64,000 nucleotides of DNA from contig CBDFIQ010000002.1 in NCBI GenBank assembly GCA_965248195.1, forward strand, positions 288,001 to 352,000. The letters are read 5' to 3'. Source of the stretch: Longimicrobiales bacterium. Its GTDB lineage: Bacteria; Gemmatimonadota; Gemmatimonadetes; Longimicrobiales; Gaopeijiaceae. The translations under genes and the position numbers were made by a program. Of this stretch, positions 29,618 to 38,872 are shown piece by piece; within the stretch, counting starts at the first letter, position 1, and every line of letters starts with the position of its first letter. The notes under the pieces were generated by a model, which did not search any database, was not told the origin of the DNA, and worked only from the letters and a program-made list of their open reading frames with translations.

Positions 29618-30921
29618 CCACCAGGCCTCTGCGCGGCGCTCTGAATGGCCCCTATCGCCTTCACGGCGGCGGCCGTTGCGTCCTGCACGGCCGTGGCCAC
29701 GTCCACCGGTCCCCGGGCGCAACCGGCGGCAAAGAGACCAGGGGACGGCTGGTCGGGTAGTAGAAAGTGGTCCTCGTCGCACGCCAGGTCTGCGGTGGGC
29801 AGGCCGTTTTCGGCACTGGCCACCATCCCCGTGGCCAGCACCACCAGATCGACCGCGACCTGGCGCTTCTTCGGCGCCAGAATCTCCTCCGCCTCCACGA
29901 GCAGCTCCCCGGTTCGGGGATCGTCGGCGATCCGGCCGACCTTTCCCTTGATCACTTCCACGCCGGGGTCGGCTTGCACCTTTCGGGCGAAGAACTCGTA
30001 CGTCCCCGGCGTCCTCAGATCGATGTAGAAGATGAAGACTTTGGCGTCCGGATTTTGGTCGCGCACGTAGGTAGCCTGCTTCAACGAGCCGAGGCAGCAG
30101 ATCCCCGAGCAGTAGCCGAGGTGGGTCTCGTCTCGTTGTCCCGCACACTGGACGAACGCGACCTTGTTCACCGGCTCGCCGTTCGACAATCGGACGATCT
30201 TTCCGCCCGTCGGCCCGTTCGGCGAAGCGAGGCGTTCCATCATGACGTTGGTGATCACATCGGCGTAACGGCCGAAGCCCAGGTTGTCGATCCGCCCCGC
30301 GTCGTACGGTTTCCAGCCGGTCGCCAGTACCACGGCACCGACCTTCAAGGTGAACGTCTGCGGTTTCATGCTCAGATCGATCGCATCGTATGTGCATACG
30401 TCGACACAGCGCGCGCACTCAGCGAGCTGGCATACCGAATCGTCGATCGCGTACTTCATCGGAAACGCCAGCGGATGCGGAAGATAGATCGCCTTGGTCG
30501 TTCCCATCCCGAAGTTGAAAGCATCGGGTCGATCCGTCGGACAGACCGCCACACAGTCATTACAGGCGGTGCAGCGATCGTTGACGTAGCGCGGCTGCTG
30601 AGTGATCGTCACGTCGAGATCACCGGGCTCTCCGGATATGCTCTCGACTTCCGCTAGGGTGTAGAAGCGGATCAGACGGTTGTTTTTCAGGCGCTGAAAG
30701 TTGATCTCAAGGCCACAATAGGGTGGACACAGCTTGGGAAAATACTTGTGGAGCTGAGCGACACGCCCGCCAAGGTACGGCTCCTTTTCGATGACGACGA
30801 TGTCGTAGCCGGCCTCTGCTGCCTCCAAAGCGGCACTCATGCCAGCGATCCCTGCGCCCACGACGAGGATCGTCCGCGAGACTGACAGCGGAGGGGACGA
30901 TGACGCCGGCGTGGTTGGCAT
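29614..30921 (-). CDS. qmoA: QmoA (HdrA-like flavoprotein)
   Basis: ILVVGAGIAG, YLGGRVAQL.KYFPKLCPPYCGLEIN, VQCAGQRDE.HL.YCS.ICCLGSLKQ, FYIDLRTPG. 4-nt overlap with qmoB. Confidence 0.95.
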   Translation of the reverse strand: MPTTPASSSPPLSVSRTILVVGAGIAGMSAALEAAEAGYDIVVIEKEPYLGGRVAQLHKYFPKLCPPYCGLEINFQRLKNNRLIRFYTLAEVESISGEPGDLDVTITQQPRYVNDRCTACNDCVAVCPTDRPDAFNFGMGTTKAIYLPHPLAFPMKYAIDDSVCQLAECARCVDVCTYDAIDLSMKPQTFTLKVGAVVLATGWKPYDAGRIDNLGFGRYADVITNVMMERLASPNGPTGGKIVRLSNGEPVNKVAFVQCAGQRDETHLGYCSGICCLGSLKQATYVRDQNPDAKVFIFYIDLRTPGTYEFFARKVQADPGVEVIKGKVGRIADDPRTGELLVEAEEILAPKKRQVAVDLVVLATGMVASAENGLPTADLACDEDHFLLPDQPSPGLFAAGCARGPVDVATAVQDATAAAVKAIGAIQSAAQRPGG

Positions 30922-30948
30922 CTGCTTTGATAACCTTTGAAATGAGCT

Positions 30949-32826
30949 CTAGGAAACCACCTGGATATAGGGCTTCTTGACCATGGTCCACTCCTTGGTG
31001 GCAGGGTCCCAGGTCGAGTTGGCGAAGCACTTCCAGTTCTCCTCGTCCAGCGTGGGGTAATCGGCGCGATAGTAGTAGCCCGGCCAGCGCGTCTCTTCCC
31101 GAAACATCATGTGCCGCATGTGCGCCTCGAGACACCAGATGCGGTCCCACACCTCCCAACAGCGGAGGAGGTCGTGCAGGTCTCGTGCGCCCAGCTTCTC
31201 AAGGTCCTCCTTGAGGAGATCCAGCATCTCGAGCCCGCGCTCCAGCATCTTCCCATTCGTGAGGTAGTACGCGCCGTGACCCGCAGCGTACTCATCGGCG
31301 ATCTTCTGAAGCCGCAGCAGGGCCTGCTTCGGCAAGATGTAGTGTGGGTTGACGTCGGGCTGGGTCGACGCGCCGACCCCGCGCTCGAACACTTCGATGG
31401 GCTGCCACAACTCTTTCTTGATCTCCTCGACGCGGTCCTGCTCCAGGTTGCAGTCATCGGGGTTGTCGTGGACGTACGCGACAGCAGCCTTGCCGGCAAA
31501 GCGTCCTTCGGTATAGGACCCTGACGAAAACTTATGCGCCGACCCGCTGACGCCGTCGCCGGCCGCGAAGAGCCCGTTGATGGTTGTCATGCGATTGTAG
31601 CCCCAGAAGTACTCCGGGGGCGCCAGGTCCTCCGGGCCGCTCACCCAGGCTCCGGTGGCCGACGCATGTGAGCCCATCAGATACGGTTCGGTCAGTACGA
31701 TCTCGGAAGGGGTCTTGGCGGGGTCGATGTTTTCCGACGCCCACAGCAGGGCCTGCGACATGGTCATGTTGAGAAAGTCTTCCCAGGCCTCGCTCTCGAT
31801 CTCCCGGATCTTCTTTTTGTCGTGCTGCGCGTCGGCGAACATCTTCTGGAGGGCTTCGTCGGTCCGAAGGTAGTGAGGTCCCCCGCCAGCGAGAAAATCT
31901 TGTAATAGCTGGTGATTTCGGAGTGGTGTCGGAATGGGCTTCTGCCCGCCATACGGTTCCCAATCCTTCAAGAGGTGGGCCCACTTTTCCTCCACCTTCT
32001 CTCCGTAGGCGTTCTTGAGCACCGCTTTGAACATCAGAAACCACATCCCCACCGGGCCGTAACCATCCTTTAACCGCGCCACGACGAGGCGGTGCTCGAA
32101 CTGGCTCATTTGTGCGCCGACCTGGATCATCAGCTTGTACACGGACCCGGTGTTCCACGGCGCGTACCAGATGCGCCCGAGCCCTTCCCCGACGGAATGC
32201 GGACGAAAGACCCCGGCCGCACCTCCAGCAGCGCAGATGACCGCCTTCGCCTTGAAGACGTAGATCTTCGGCTCTCGAACGCTGAACCCGATGGCCCCCG
32301 CGATGCGCCGCGGGTCCTTGGCGTCGGTGAGCAGGTGTGACATGAAGATGCGTTCGTACACGTTCTGGTCGCCGACGGCCTTCTTGGCGGCCTCCGCCAC
32401 GATCGGCTTGTACGACTCACCATGGATCATGACCTGCCAGCGCCCTTCCCGCTTGTAGCGTCCATCCTCCGTCTTGAAGAACGGGAGTCCCCACTCTTCG
32501 AACATGTGGACGCTCGAGTCCACGTGCCGCACGATGTCATACACCAGGTCCTCTCGACTCAGCCCCATGAGGTCCTGCCGGACATACCGCACGAAGTCTT
32601 CGGGCTGGTTCTCCCCCCATTTCATCCCCATATAGCAATTGATAGCGGACAGGCCCATCGCCACCGCTCCGCTTCGCTCGACGGCGCCCTTCTCCACCAA
32701 CACGACCCGAAGCCCCTTCGAACGGGCCCAGTGGGCCGCTTCGTAGGCCGCTCCGCACCCCGCCATGCCCCCGCCTACGATCAGGACATCACACTCAACT
32801 ACCTCTGTGGTTGGCTCAACCATCAC
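30949..32826 (-). CDS. aprA: Adenylylsulfate (APS) reductase alpha subunit
   Basis: RSGAVAMGLSAIN, WQVMIHGESYKPIVAEAA, DGYGPVG.WF, TEPYLMGSH, HKFSSGS, REETRWPGYYYR.D.P. Confidence 0.98.
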   Translation of the reverse strand: MMVEPTTEVVECDVLIVGGGMAGCGAAYEAAHWARSKGLRVVLVEKGAVERSGAVAMGLSAINCYMGMKWGENQPEDFVRYVRQDLMGLSREDLVYDIVRHVDSSVHMFEEWGLPFFKTEDGRYKREGRWQVMIHGESYKPIVAEAAKKAVGDQNVYERIFMSHLLTDAKDPRRIAGAIGFSVREPKIYVFKAKAVICAAGGAAGVFRPHSVGEGLGRIWYAPWNTGSVYKLMIQVGAQMSQFEHRLVVARLKDGYGPVGMWFLMFKAVLKNAYGEKVEEKWAHLLKDWEPYGGQKPIPTPLRNHQLLQDFLAGGGPHYLRTDEALQKMFADAQHDKKKIREIESEAWEDFLNMTMSQALLWASENIDPAKTPSEIVLTEPYLMGSHASATGAWVSGPEDLAPPEYFWGYNRMTTINGLFAAGDGVSGSAHKFSSGSYTEGRFAGKAAVAYVHDNPDDCNLEQDRVEEIKKELWQPIEVFERGVGASTQPDVNPHYILPKQALLRLQKIADEYAAGHGAYYLTNGKMLERGLEMLDLLKEDLEKLGARDLHDLLRCWEVWDRIWCLEAHMRHMMFREETRWPGYYYRADYPTLDEENWKCFANSTWDPATKEWTMVKKPYIQVVS

Positions 32827-32920
32827 ACCTTGCTCCCGTAGTAAGACCGCCGTTGGTGGCCGTCGGCACGGGGTTCACAAGTCCCCATGCGCCTGGCTGT
32901 TAGTCGGATTCCGGATGACG

Positions 32921-33370
32921 CTACGCGAGGGCCGGTGTCGGCAGCTCAGGCACTCCAAGAAACTGCGCCTGCTGGGAAAGGGCCTGCCCTTTCAGATCGT
33001 CCTGCGTCGGCACCGGCATGCCGTCGTGGGGCACGATGGATCCCCAGGGTGTGGTACGAATTGGATACTTGAATCGCTTGGTCTCTCCGTTGCGGAACTT
33101 CACGGTCCACATGATCGAGTCTGTCCCGCGCATCGACGTGATGCTGGCGCCCATCGGCGCGACGTCGGCATACGCACGGATATCGATCGCCGACTGGGGG
33201 CAGGTCTTCACGCACGCATAACATTCCCAGCACTGGTCGGGTTCGATGTTGAAGGCCTTCCCGATGGACTGGTCGAGATGCATGATGTCGGAGGGGCAAA
33301 TGTAATGACAGGCGGGCTTGTCTAACGCCTTGCACCCGTCACACTTGTCCGGATTCACATAGGTCGGCAT
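32921..33370 (-). CDS. aprB: Adenylylsulfate reductase beta subunit
   Basis: MPTYV..DKCDGCK....AC.YICP, EPDQCWECY.CVK.CP, MWTVKFRNG..KRFK.PIRTT. Confidence 0.98.
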   Translation of the reverse strand: MPTYVNPDKCDGCKALDKPACHYICPSDIMHLDQSIGKAFNIEPDQCWECYACVKTCPQSAIDIRAYADVAPMGASITSMRGTDSIMWTVKFRNGETKRFKYPIRTTPWGSIVPHDGMPVPTQDDLKGQALSQQAQFLGVPELPTPALA

Positions 33371-33528
33371 CGGTCATTATCTCTGTCGGCCCGACTATGC
33401 CCGGCCGGTGGTGAGCTGAATCAGTGAAACCTCATCTCGCCTGCAGGCTGCTCACGCGGATCCCGCCGATCGGTCAAACCAGGACGTTTGAGAGTCTGCG
33501 TTCCTGTGCGTGGCGTCGAGGCGGCTAT

Positions 33529-33557
33529 ATTAGAGTCGACGGGTGACCTCTTGTCAA
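33529..33557 (-). promoter_or_regulatory. Candidate sigma70 promoter for aprBA-qmoABC
   Basis: Minus strand TTGACA (33557-33552), 17-nt spacer, TCTAAT (33534-33529). Confidence 0.6.
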
Positions 33558-33723
33558 ATAAAGGGGCTCTTCCGGGTTCGTCGTGGTGATTTTGATGGGA
33601 AAGGCCCACCCGGCCCGGCCGTCTGCGACAGGATGGCTCCCAAGGAGTGGGGGAACCTTGACACCATTTCCCCAAAAAGTTATCAGTCCGGAAATTTCAC
33701 GCAGGCCCTATCGGCTTTGCGGA

Positions 33724-33852
33724 ATGGACGAGATCGTGGTCACGGGCACGCCTGGAGGCACCCGAAGAAGGGCGATCGCAAATACGGTTGCCCGGGGTGG
33801 ATGCGGTGGCAGCCCTCGCGGCGGCGCCGATCCAAGATGTTGACGACCTCCT
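33724..33852 (+). pseudogene. Frameshifted fragment of a SusC/RagA-type TonB-dependent receptor
   Basis: DEIVVTGTPGGTRRRAIANTVAR, then after a frameshift VDAVAALAAAPIQDVDDLL. This matches the TonB-box-like/plug start of such receptors. Confidence 0.6.
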
Positions 33853-34070
33853 CGTCGTGCTCAACGGTGCCCTTGCGCTGGACGACGAGAGACCGGCGTA
33901 TGCGCTCGCCGGCACGACGATTCGCAATCAGCGGCCCTCCCCGCGCCGGTGCCGGGTGACAGAGCAGGACCGCGGTCCGCGATTGACGTGGGAGACAGTG
34001 ACACCCCGCTGCTCGATTGCCTGGGTGGTCTTACCGAGGCTCGAGAAATCCGAGAACAGAGAGGCTGGAG

Positions 34071-35801
34071 ATGGCGAAGAAAAAAATGACGCCCTCCGAG
34101 GCGCTGGTCGAGACACTCGTTGCCGAGGGAGTGGAGGACCTGTTCGGCTTGGTTGGCTCAGCGTTCATGGACGCCCTGGACCTGTTCCCTGACGCCGGTA
34201 TTCGATTCATTCCCGTGGCCCACGAGCAGGCGGCTGCGCACGCTGCTGATGGTCTGGCCAGGGTGACGGGAAGGCCCCAGGCCTGCATTGCCCAAAACGG
34301 GCCGGGCGCGGCGAATTTTGTGTCCGCCATCGCTGCAGCTTACTGGGCGCACTCTCCGGTAGTGGCCATCACTCCCGAGACGGGGTCGAGGGGGATCGGT
34401 ACCGGCGGCTTTCAGGAGCTGGACCAGATGCCCATGTTCGAGAAGCAGACCGTATATCAGGTGCGGGTCAACCGCCCCGACCGCATGGCCGAGCTGGCCA
34501 GGCGCTGCTTCTATCGGGCCAAGGCCGAGCTCGGCCCGACCCACCTGAACATTCCCCGGGACTATTTCTATGGGGACATCGAAGACGAGATCGTCGCCAC
34601 TCCGACGCTCGGGGCGGGTCGTCCGCCCAAAAAGGATATCGAAGCTGCGATCAGCTTTCTGAAGGCCGCCGATTATCCGGTCATCGTCTCGGGAGGTGGT
34701 GTCAGTCAGGGTGACGCCGTGGATGAGATCAAGGCCCTGGCCGAGTACCTGAGCGCGCCGGTGATCACCACCTACTTGCACAACGACGCGTTCCCGTACA
34801 GCCACGAGCTCGGCTGCGGACCCATCGGCTACTGTGGCTCCAAGGCAGCCATGCGGACCATCGCCAAAGCCGACGTGGTGTTGGCCTTGGGAACCAGACT
34901 GGGGATTTTCGGCCTGCTTCCCCAGTACGATATGACCTACTGGCCCGAGGAGGCCACGCTCATCCAGGTGGACAGAGACCCGAAGCAATGGGGCTTGAGC
35001 AAGATTCCGGACCTCTTTTCCGTGGCGGACGTGAAGGAGTACGCTACGGATTTGCTGCGGGAGCTGAAGAACTTCCAGCCGAACCCGGAGAGAAACGAAG
35101 AGCGCATCGCCGACGTGGCCAGGGAAAAAGAGACGTGGGACAAGGAGCTCGAAGACTGGTCGTCGTCTACGAACAAGGTGATGCATCCCCGGCGCTTCCT
35201 CTGGGAGCTGACTCGCGTTCTGCCTGAGGATGCACTGGTGACTACGGACGTCGGGAATACCTGCTCCATCACCAACGGGTACCTCAGATTCAAAGGGCCC
35301 CGACAGCACCTCCCCGCCTTGACCTGGGGCAACTGCGGTTTCGCCTACGGCTGCGCCATGGGGGCCAAAATCGGGAAGCCGGACGCCCCGGTCTTTGCCA
35401 TTCAGGGAGACGGGGCCTGGGGCATCAGCGGGTTGAGCGAGGTGATGACCGCCGTCCGGGAGGACATTCCGGTGGTCGCCATCGTGATCAACAACCACGA
35501 ATGGGGTGCGGAGAAGAAGAACCAGATCGACTTTTACGGCGACCGCTTCGTCGGCACCAACCTGCCGGACAATCCGGATTTCGCCAAAGTGGCCGAGGCG
35601 ATGGGCGCGGTGGGCTTTACCGTCGAGGATTACCGGGATGTCCAGGACGTAGTGCGGGAAGCCATGGCTTGCGGCAAGCCCTGCGTGATCAACGCGGTGG
35701 TCGAGGGCGGAGAGAAGGTGCTGGCGGAGCCTTTCCGACGGGACGCATTGGAGATGCCGACCCGCTATCTCGACAAGTACGCACACCTGAGTCTGGAATA
35801 G
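34071..35801 (+). CDS. xsc: Sulfoacetaldehyde acetyltransferase (ThDP-dependent)
   Basis: KMTPSEA.VE, FG.VGSAFMDALDLFP.AGIRF, HEQ, AAAYWAHSP, NIPRD, GSKAAM, GDGAWG, WGAEKKNQ.DFY..RF, EPFRRDAL. Confidence 0.95.
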   Translation: MAKKKMTPSEALVETLVAEGVEDLFGLVGSAFMDALDLFPDAGIRFIPVAHEQAAAHAADGLARVTGRPQACIAQNGPGAANFVSAIAAAYWAHSPVVAITPETGSRGIGTGGFQELDQMPMFEKQTVYQVRVNRPDRMAELARRCFYRAKAELGPTHLNIPRDYFYGDIEDEIVATPTLGAGRPPKKDIEAAISFLKAADYPVIVSGGGVSQGDAVDEIKALAEYLSAPVITTYLHNDAFPYSHELGCGPIGYCGSKAAMRTIAKADVVLALGTRLGIFGLLPQYDMTYWPEEATLIQVDRDPKQWGLSKIPDLFSVADVKEYATDLLRELKNFQPNPERNEERIADVAREKETWDKELEDWSSSTNKVMHPRRFLWELTRVLPEDALVTTDVGNTCSITNGYLRFKGPRQHLPALTWGNCGFAYGCAMGAKIGKPDAPVFAIQGDGAWGISGLSEVMTAVREDIPVVAIVINNHEWGAEKKNQIDFYGDRFVGTNLPDNPDFAKVAEAMGAVGFTVEDYRDVQDVVREAMACGKPCVINAVVEGGEKVLAEPFRRDALEMPTRYLDKYAHLSLE

Positions 35802-35856
35802 AATCTTCGAGGACCAACAAGGGCCCGTCTCCGGTCCGGCTTGGAGGAGAACCCGT

Positions 35857-37257
35857 ATGTTCGATACGCAAGACTTGCTGTCCAACTATGATGCCAAAGA
35901 CATCATCGAGAAGGACAAGAAGCATCTGTGGCATCACATGGTTCAGCACAAGATCTTCGAGTCGCAGGATCCGAAGATCTTCGTTGAGGGCAAGGGGGCC
36001 CGGGTCAAGGACATTGATGGAAACGAGTATCTAGACGGCGCCTCCGGCGGTGTTTGGTGCGTCAATGTCGGCTATGGGCGCGAGAGCATCGCAAGGGTCA
36101 TATATGACCAGTTGGTCAAACTTCCCTACTACGCTGGAGTAGCCGGGACGGTTCCGGCGGCCCAGTTCGCGGCGAAGCTGACCGACCTGCTGCCAGGTTT
36201 GGACCACGTCTTCTTTGTAAACAGCGGCTCCGAGGCCAACGAAAAGGCCTTCAAGATCGTCCGGCAGATCGCTCACTTGAACAAGAACACGAAGTCCAAG
36301 GTGTTGTACCGGGACCGTGACTATCACGGAACGACGATCGCCTGCCTGGCCGCGACCGGTCAGCCGGAGCGCAAGGAGGCGTACGGCCCCTTCCCGGACG
36401 GATTCGTGGGCATTCCCCATGCTCTGTGCTATCGCTGTCCCTTCGGCCTGGCCTATCCCGATTGTAACATCGAGTGCGCCCGTGCCCTGGAGGATGTGAT
36501 CCAGGAGGAGGGTCCTGAGACGGTGGGCGCCCTCATCCTCGAGCCGATCACGGCGGGTGGCGGTGTTATTCCTCCGGTCGAGGAATACTATCCCATCATC
36601 CAGGAGATCTGTGGAAAATATGGCGTTATCCTGATCATCGACGAGGTCGTGTGCGGTTTTGGACGGACCGGGACCATGTTCGGTTTCGAGCATTATGACT
36701 TCACGCCGGACATCGTGACGATGGCCAAGGGTATGGCCAGCTCCTACGCGCCGATCTCGGCTACGGCGGTGCGAAGCGAAGTCTTCGAGCAGTTCCTCCA
36801 CGATCCGAGCGACAAGTACGACTATTTCCGGGACATCAGTACGTACGGCGGCTGCACAGCGGGGTTTGCCGCCGCCCTGGAGAACCTGCGTATCCTCGAG
36901 GAGGAAGACCTGGTTGAAAATGCTCGCGTGGTCGGAGATCACCTTTGCGACCGCCTACGGGAGCTGGCCGACAATGAGTATGTCGGGGATGTCCGGGGCA
37001 AGGGACTGTTCGCGGGCGTGGAGCTCGTGGAAGACAAGTCCTCGAAGACACCTGTGAGCGAGGACGTGATGAACGCGGTCATGCGAAAGATCACCGAGAG
37101 GGGCGTGCTGGTGGGCAAGACTACCAGAAGCCTTCCCGGCCTGAACAACACCATCAACATCGCACCGCCTCTGATCGTAACGAGGGCGGATGTCGACGAG
37201 ATCGTCGATGCGGTGAAGTGGGGCATCGAGCACGGCTGCCAGGAGGTTCTGGGCTGA
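35857..37257 (+). CDS. tpa: Taurine-pyruvate aminotransferase (class III PLP)
   Basis: WHH..QHK, SGGVWCVNVGYGRESIA, NSGSEANEKAFK, YRDRDYHGTT, EPITAGGG, DEVVCG, MAKG, YFRDISTYGGC. Directly downstream of xsc. Confidence 0.9.
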   Translation: MFDTQDLLSNYDAKDIIEKDKKHLWHHMVQHKIFESQDPKIFVEGKGARVKDIDGNEYLDGASGGVWCVNVGYGRESIARVIYDQLVKLPYYAGVAGTVPAAQFAAKLTDLLPGLDHVFFVNSGSEANEKAFKIVRQIAHLNKNTKSKVLYRDRDYHGTTIACLAATGQPERKEAYGPFPDGFVGIPHALCYRCPFGLAYPDCNIECARALEDVIQEEGPETVGALILEPITAGGGVIPPVEEYYPIIQEICGKYGVILIIDEVVCGFGRTGTMFGFEHYDFTPDIVTMAKGMASSYAPISATAVRSEVFEQFLHDPSDKYDYFRDISTYGGCTAGFAAALENLRILEEEDLVENARVVGDHLCDRLRELADNEYVGDVRGKGLFAGVELVEDKSSKTPVSEDVMNAVMRKITERGVLVGKTTRSLPGLNNTINIAPPLIVTRADVDEIVDAVKWGIEHGCQEVLG

Positions 37258-37399
37258 GCCGCGTCCGTTAGGAGAGAGGTCAGGCGTGCGTCGTCGGGTT
37301 CGGGTGCTTCGTGCTGCGGGGTGACTTCCTGGAGATGGCGGGGCTTCGCCTCCTGCGTGGCGGGCAGGTCCACCTCGAAGAGCAGCACCTTAACCGGTC

Positions 37400-37769
37400 T
37401 CACCTATTAAATGCGGGGACCCTTACGAGCACGTACGTAATGTGCCCGCCTTCCGGCACCAAGTAGCTGTGAGGGGTCCCCGCCGGAATGTGGATCATAT
37501 CCCCCGTGCCCAGAGCATACCGCACTCCGCCCGCAATGCCCGTAACCCGGCCACCTGTGCGGTTGAGCATTTCGCCGCCCACGAGCAAAGTCGCTTGGCC
37601 GCTCTTTACGAACACGACGTCGAGGCCGTCCTCATGTATCTCGGGGAATCCGTCAGAGGGCGGCATCCCGCTGTTCTAGTTCCGAAGAACTCCACATGAC
37701 GAATCGCGGCGGGGCGGCCTGAAGCACCGGCGCGAGGACAGCAGCAACCGTCAAGACACGAAGTGGCAC
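37400..37769 (-). pseudogene. Secreted cupin protein, frameshifted
   Basis: GTG-start signal peptide ...FVMWSSSELEQRDAAL*, then a different frame DGFPEIHE...GDMIHIPAGTPH. Confidence 0.6.
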
Positions 37770-37792
37770 GATGATGGTCTTCTGAGTTCCGG

Positions 37793-38680
37793 CTAACGGT
37801 TGCGAGTCCTCTCGAATTCCTCCGCCAACTCCGGTGACAGCGGGTACACATCGCGGAAGCGATAGCGCTTGTCCAATAGCAGCTCGAGCTGGAACTTCTC
37901 TCGGGCTTCGCTCCGAGCCGCATACTCCAACACGTCGTCGAGGAGCTCCGGCGGGAAGAAGAAGACTCCACCGGCGTCCCCGACCACGATGTCACCCGGC
38001 AGCACCGTGACACCGCCGATCCGGACTGGCACGCTGTACTCCACGCCGAGCCAGGAAGTTGTAATCGGGTCCGAGAACCGGTGTAGAACCGGGAAACCCT
38101 CGAAGCGGTCGTCTTGCAGTCCGGCGAGGTCGCGCATGCCACCGTCGATGACGACACCCGCCACCCCACGCATCTGGATTCCGGTGGCTCCCATGTCACC
38201 GAAGAGATTGTGGCCGTCGGTGCCCCCGAGCTCGGCGACCACGACGTCGCCGGGGTGGGCTTCCTCGGACGCGCGCGCATAGTATCTGCGATCCCAGTTT
38301 CCCTCCTCGGCAAGGATATTGGCCGCTCGGACCAAGTCCGGTCGCGGGGGAAGGAACCGCATTGTTAGGGCCCGCCCCACCACACGTTCGCCGGGACGAG
38401 TGTTCGCGAATCCCCGAGCATAATTGGTGCGGTAATCGCCGACCGCTCCGAAGATGACCTCGAGAGGGATCGATCGGAGCTGATCGAGCTGTTCCTGCGT
38501 CACCTCGGGCCGGCTCGGCGCCAGGACGTCCATGATCGCGGAGTACGAGGTCCGGTTCGTCCTGAAGCCGTCGGGCGCTCGCACATCGGGCCTGAAGGTC
38601 TGGTCGAAGGGCTCCTGCGCGTACGCCCCTCCGGCCCAGATGAGCAACGTCACTAGGGTGAGAGCGTGAGTCGGGTTCAT
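37793..38680 (-). CDS. RraA/HMG-aldolase family protein with signal peptide
   Basis: VGRALTMRF.P, GDVVV, LFGD, GVVIDGGMRD, GGVTVLPGDIVVGD..GV.F.P. Confidence 0.85.
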   Translation of the reverse strand: MNPTHALTLVTLLIWAGGAYAQEPFDQTFRPDVRAPDGFRTNRTSYSAIMDVLAPSRPEVTQEQLDQLRSIPLEVIFGAVGDYRTNYARGFANTRPGERVVGRALTMRFLPPRPDLVRAANILAEEGNWDRRYYARASEEAHPGDVVVAELGGTDGHNLFGDMGATGIQMRGVAGVVIDGGMRDLAGLQDDRFEGFPVLHRFSDPITTSWLGVEYSVPVRIGGVTVLPGDIVVGDAGGVFFFPPELLDDVLEYAARSEAREKFQLELLLDKRYRFRDVYPLSPELAEEFERTRNR

Positions 38681-38872
38681 GGCAATTTCCTCCGAATCAA
38701 AGTGTAGCGTAGGGAAAGTTCACTCGGACGGTACTCGGTAACGGCCATCCAAGGCTGCGTTGAAGCGTGCGACGCCGTCAGACATGGCGGACAAAATGCG
38801 TCTATGACGTGGGAGGGTGCAAGCGGCTCGCACGCTCCCGGGCCAGTTTCTAACGGTCTAGTGTGCGACGGC

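Noticed and set aside
27473..30418. 981-aa ORF in the track
   Set aside because: Its first part overlaps qmoA out of frame; the real QmoB begins at MSKKLGVY (29617).
27473..30921. Selenocysteine recoding in HdrA/MvhD-like subunits
   Set aside because: Frames are open with Cys at the motif positions; no in-frame TGA.
26300..33370. Calling the organism a sulfate reducer from aprBA-qmoABC
   Set aside because: No dsrAB or sat in the window, and the context is sulfite-releasing xsc. Direction cannot be fixed from these genes alone.
34158..35885. 575-aa antisense ORF (likewise 40877-42595, 54390-56201 and the off-frame 5262-6614)
   Set aside because: Shadow ORFs of well-supported genes in high-GC DNA; no motifs.
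36939..37403. 154-aa minus-strand ORF overlapping the tpa 3' end
   Set aside because: Mostly antisense to tpa; the unique part has no motif I recognise.
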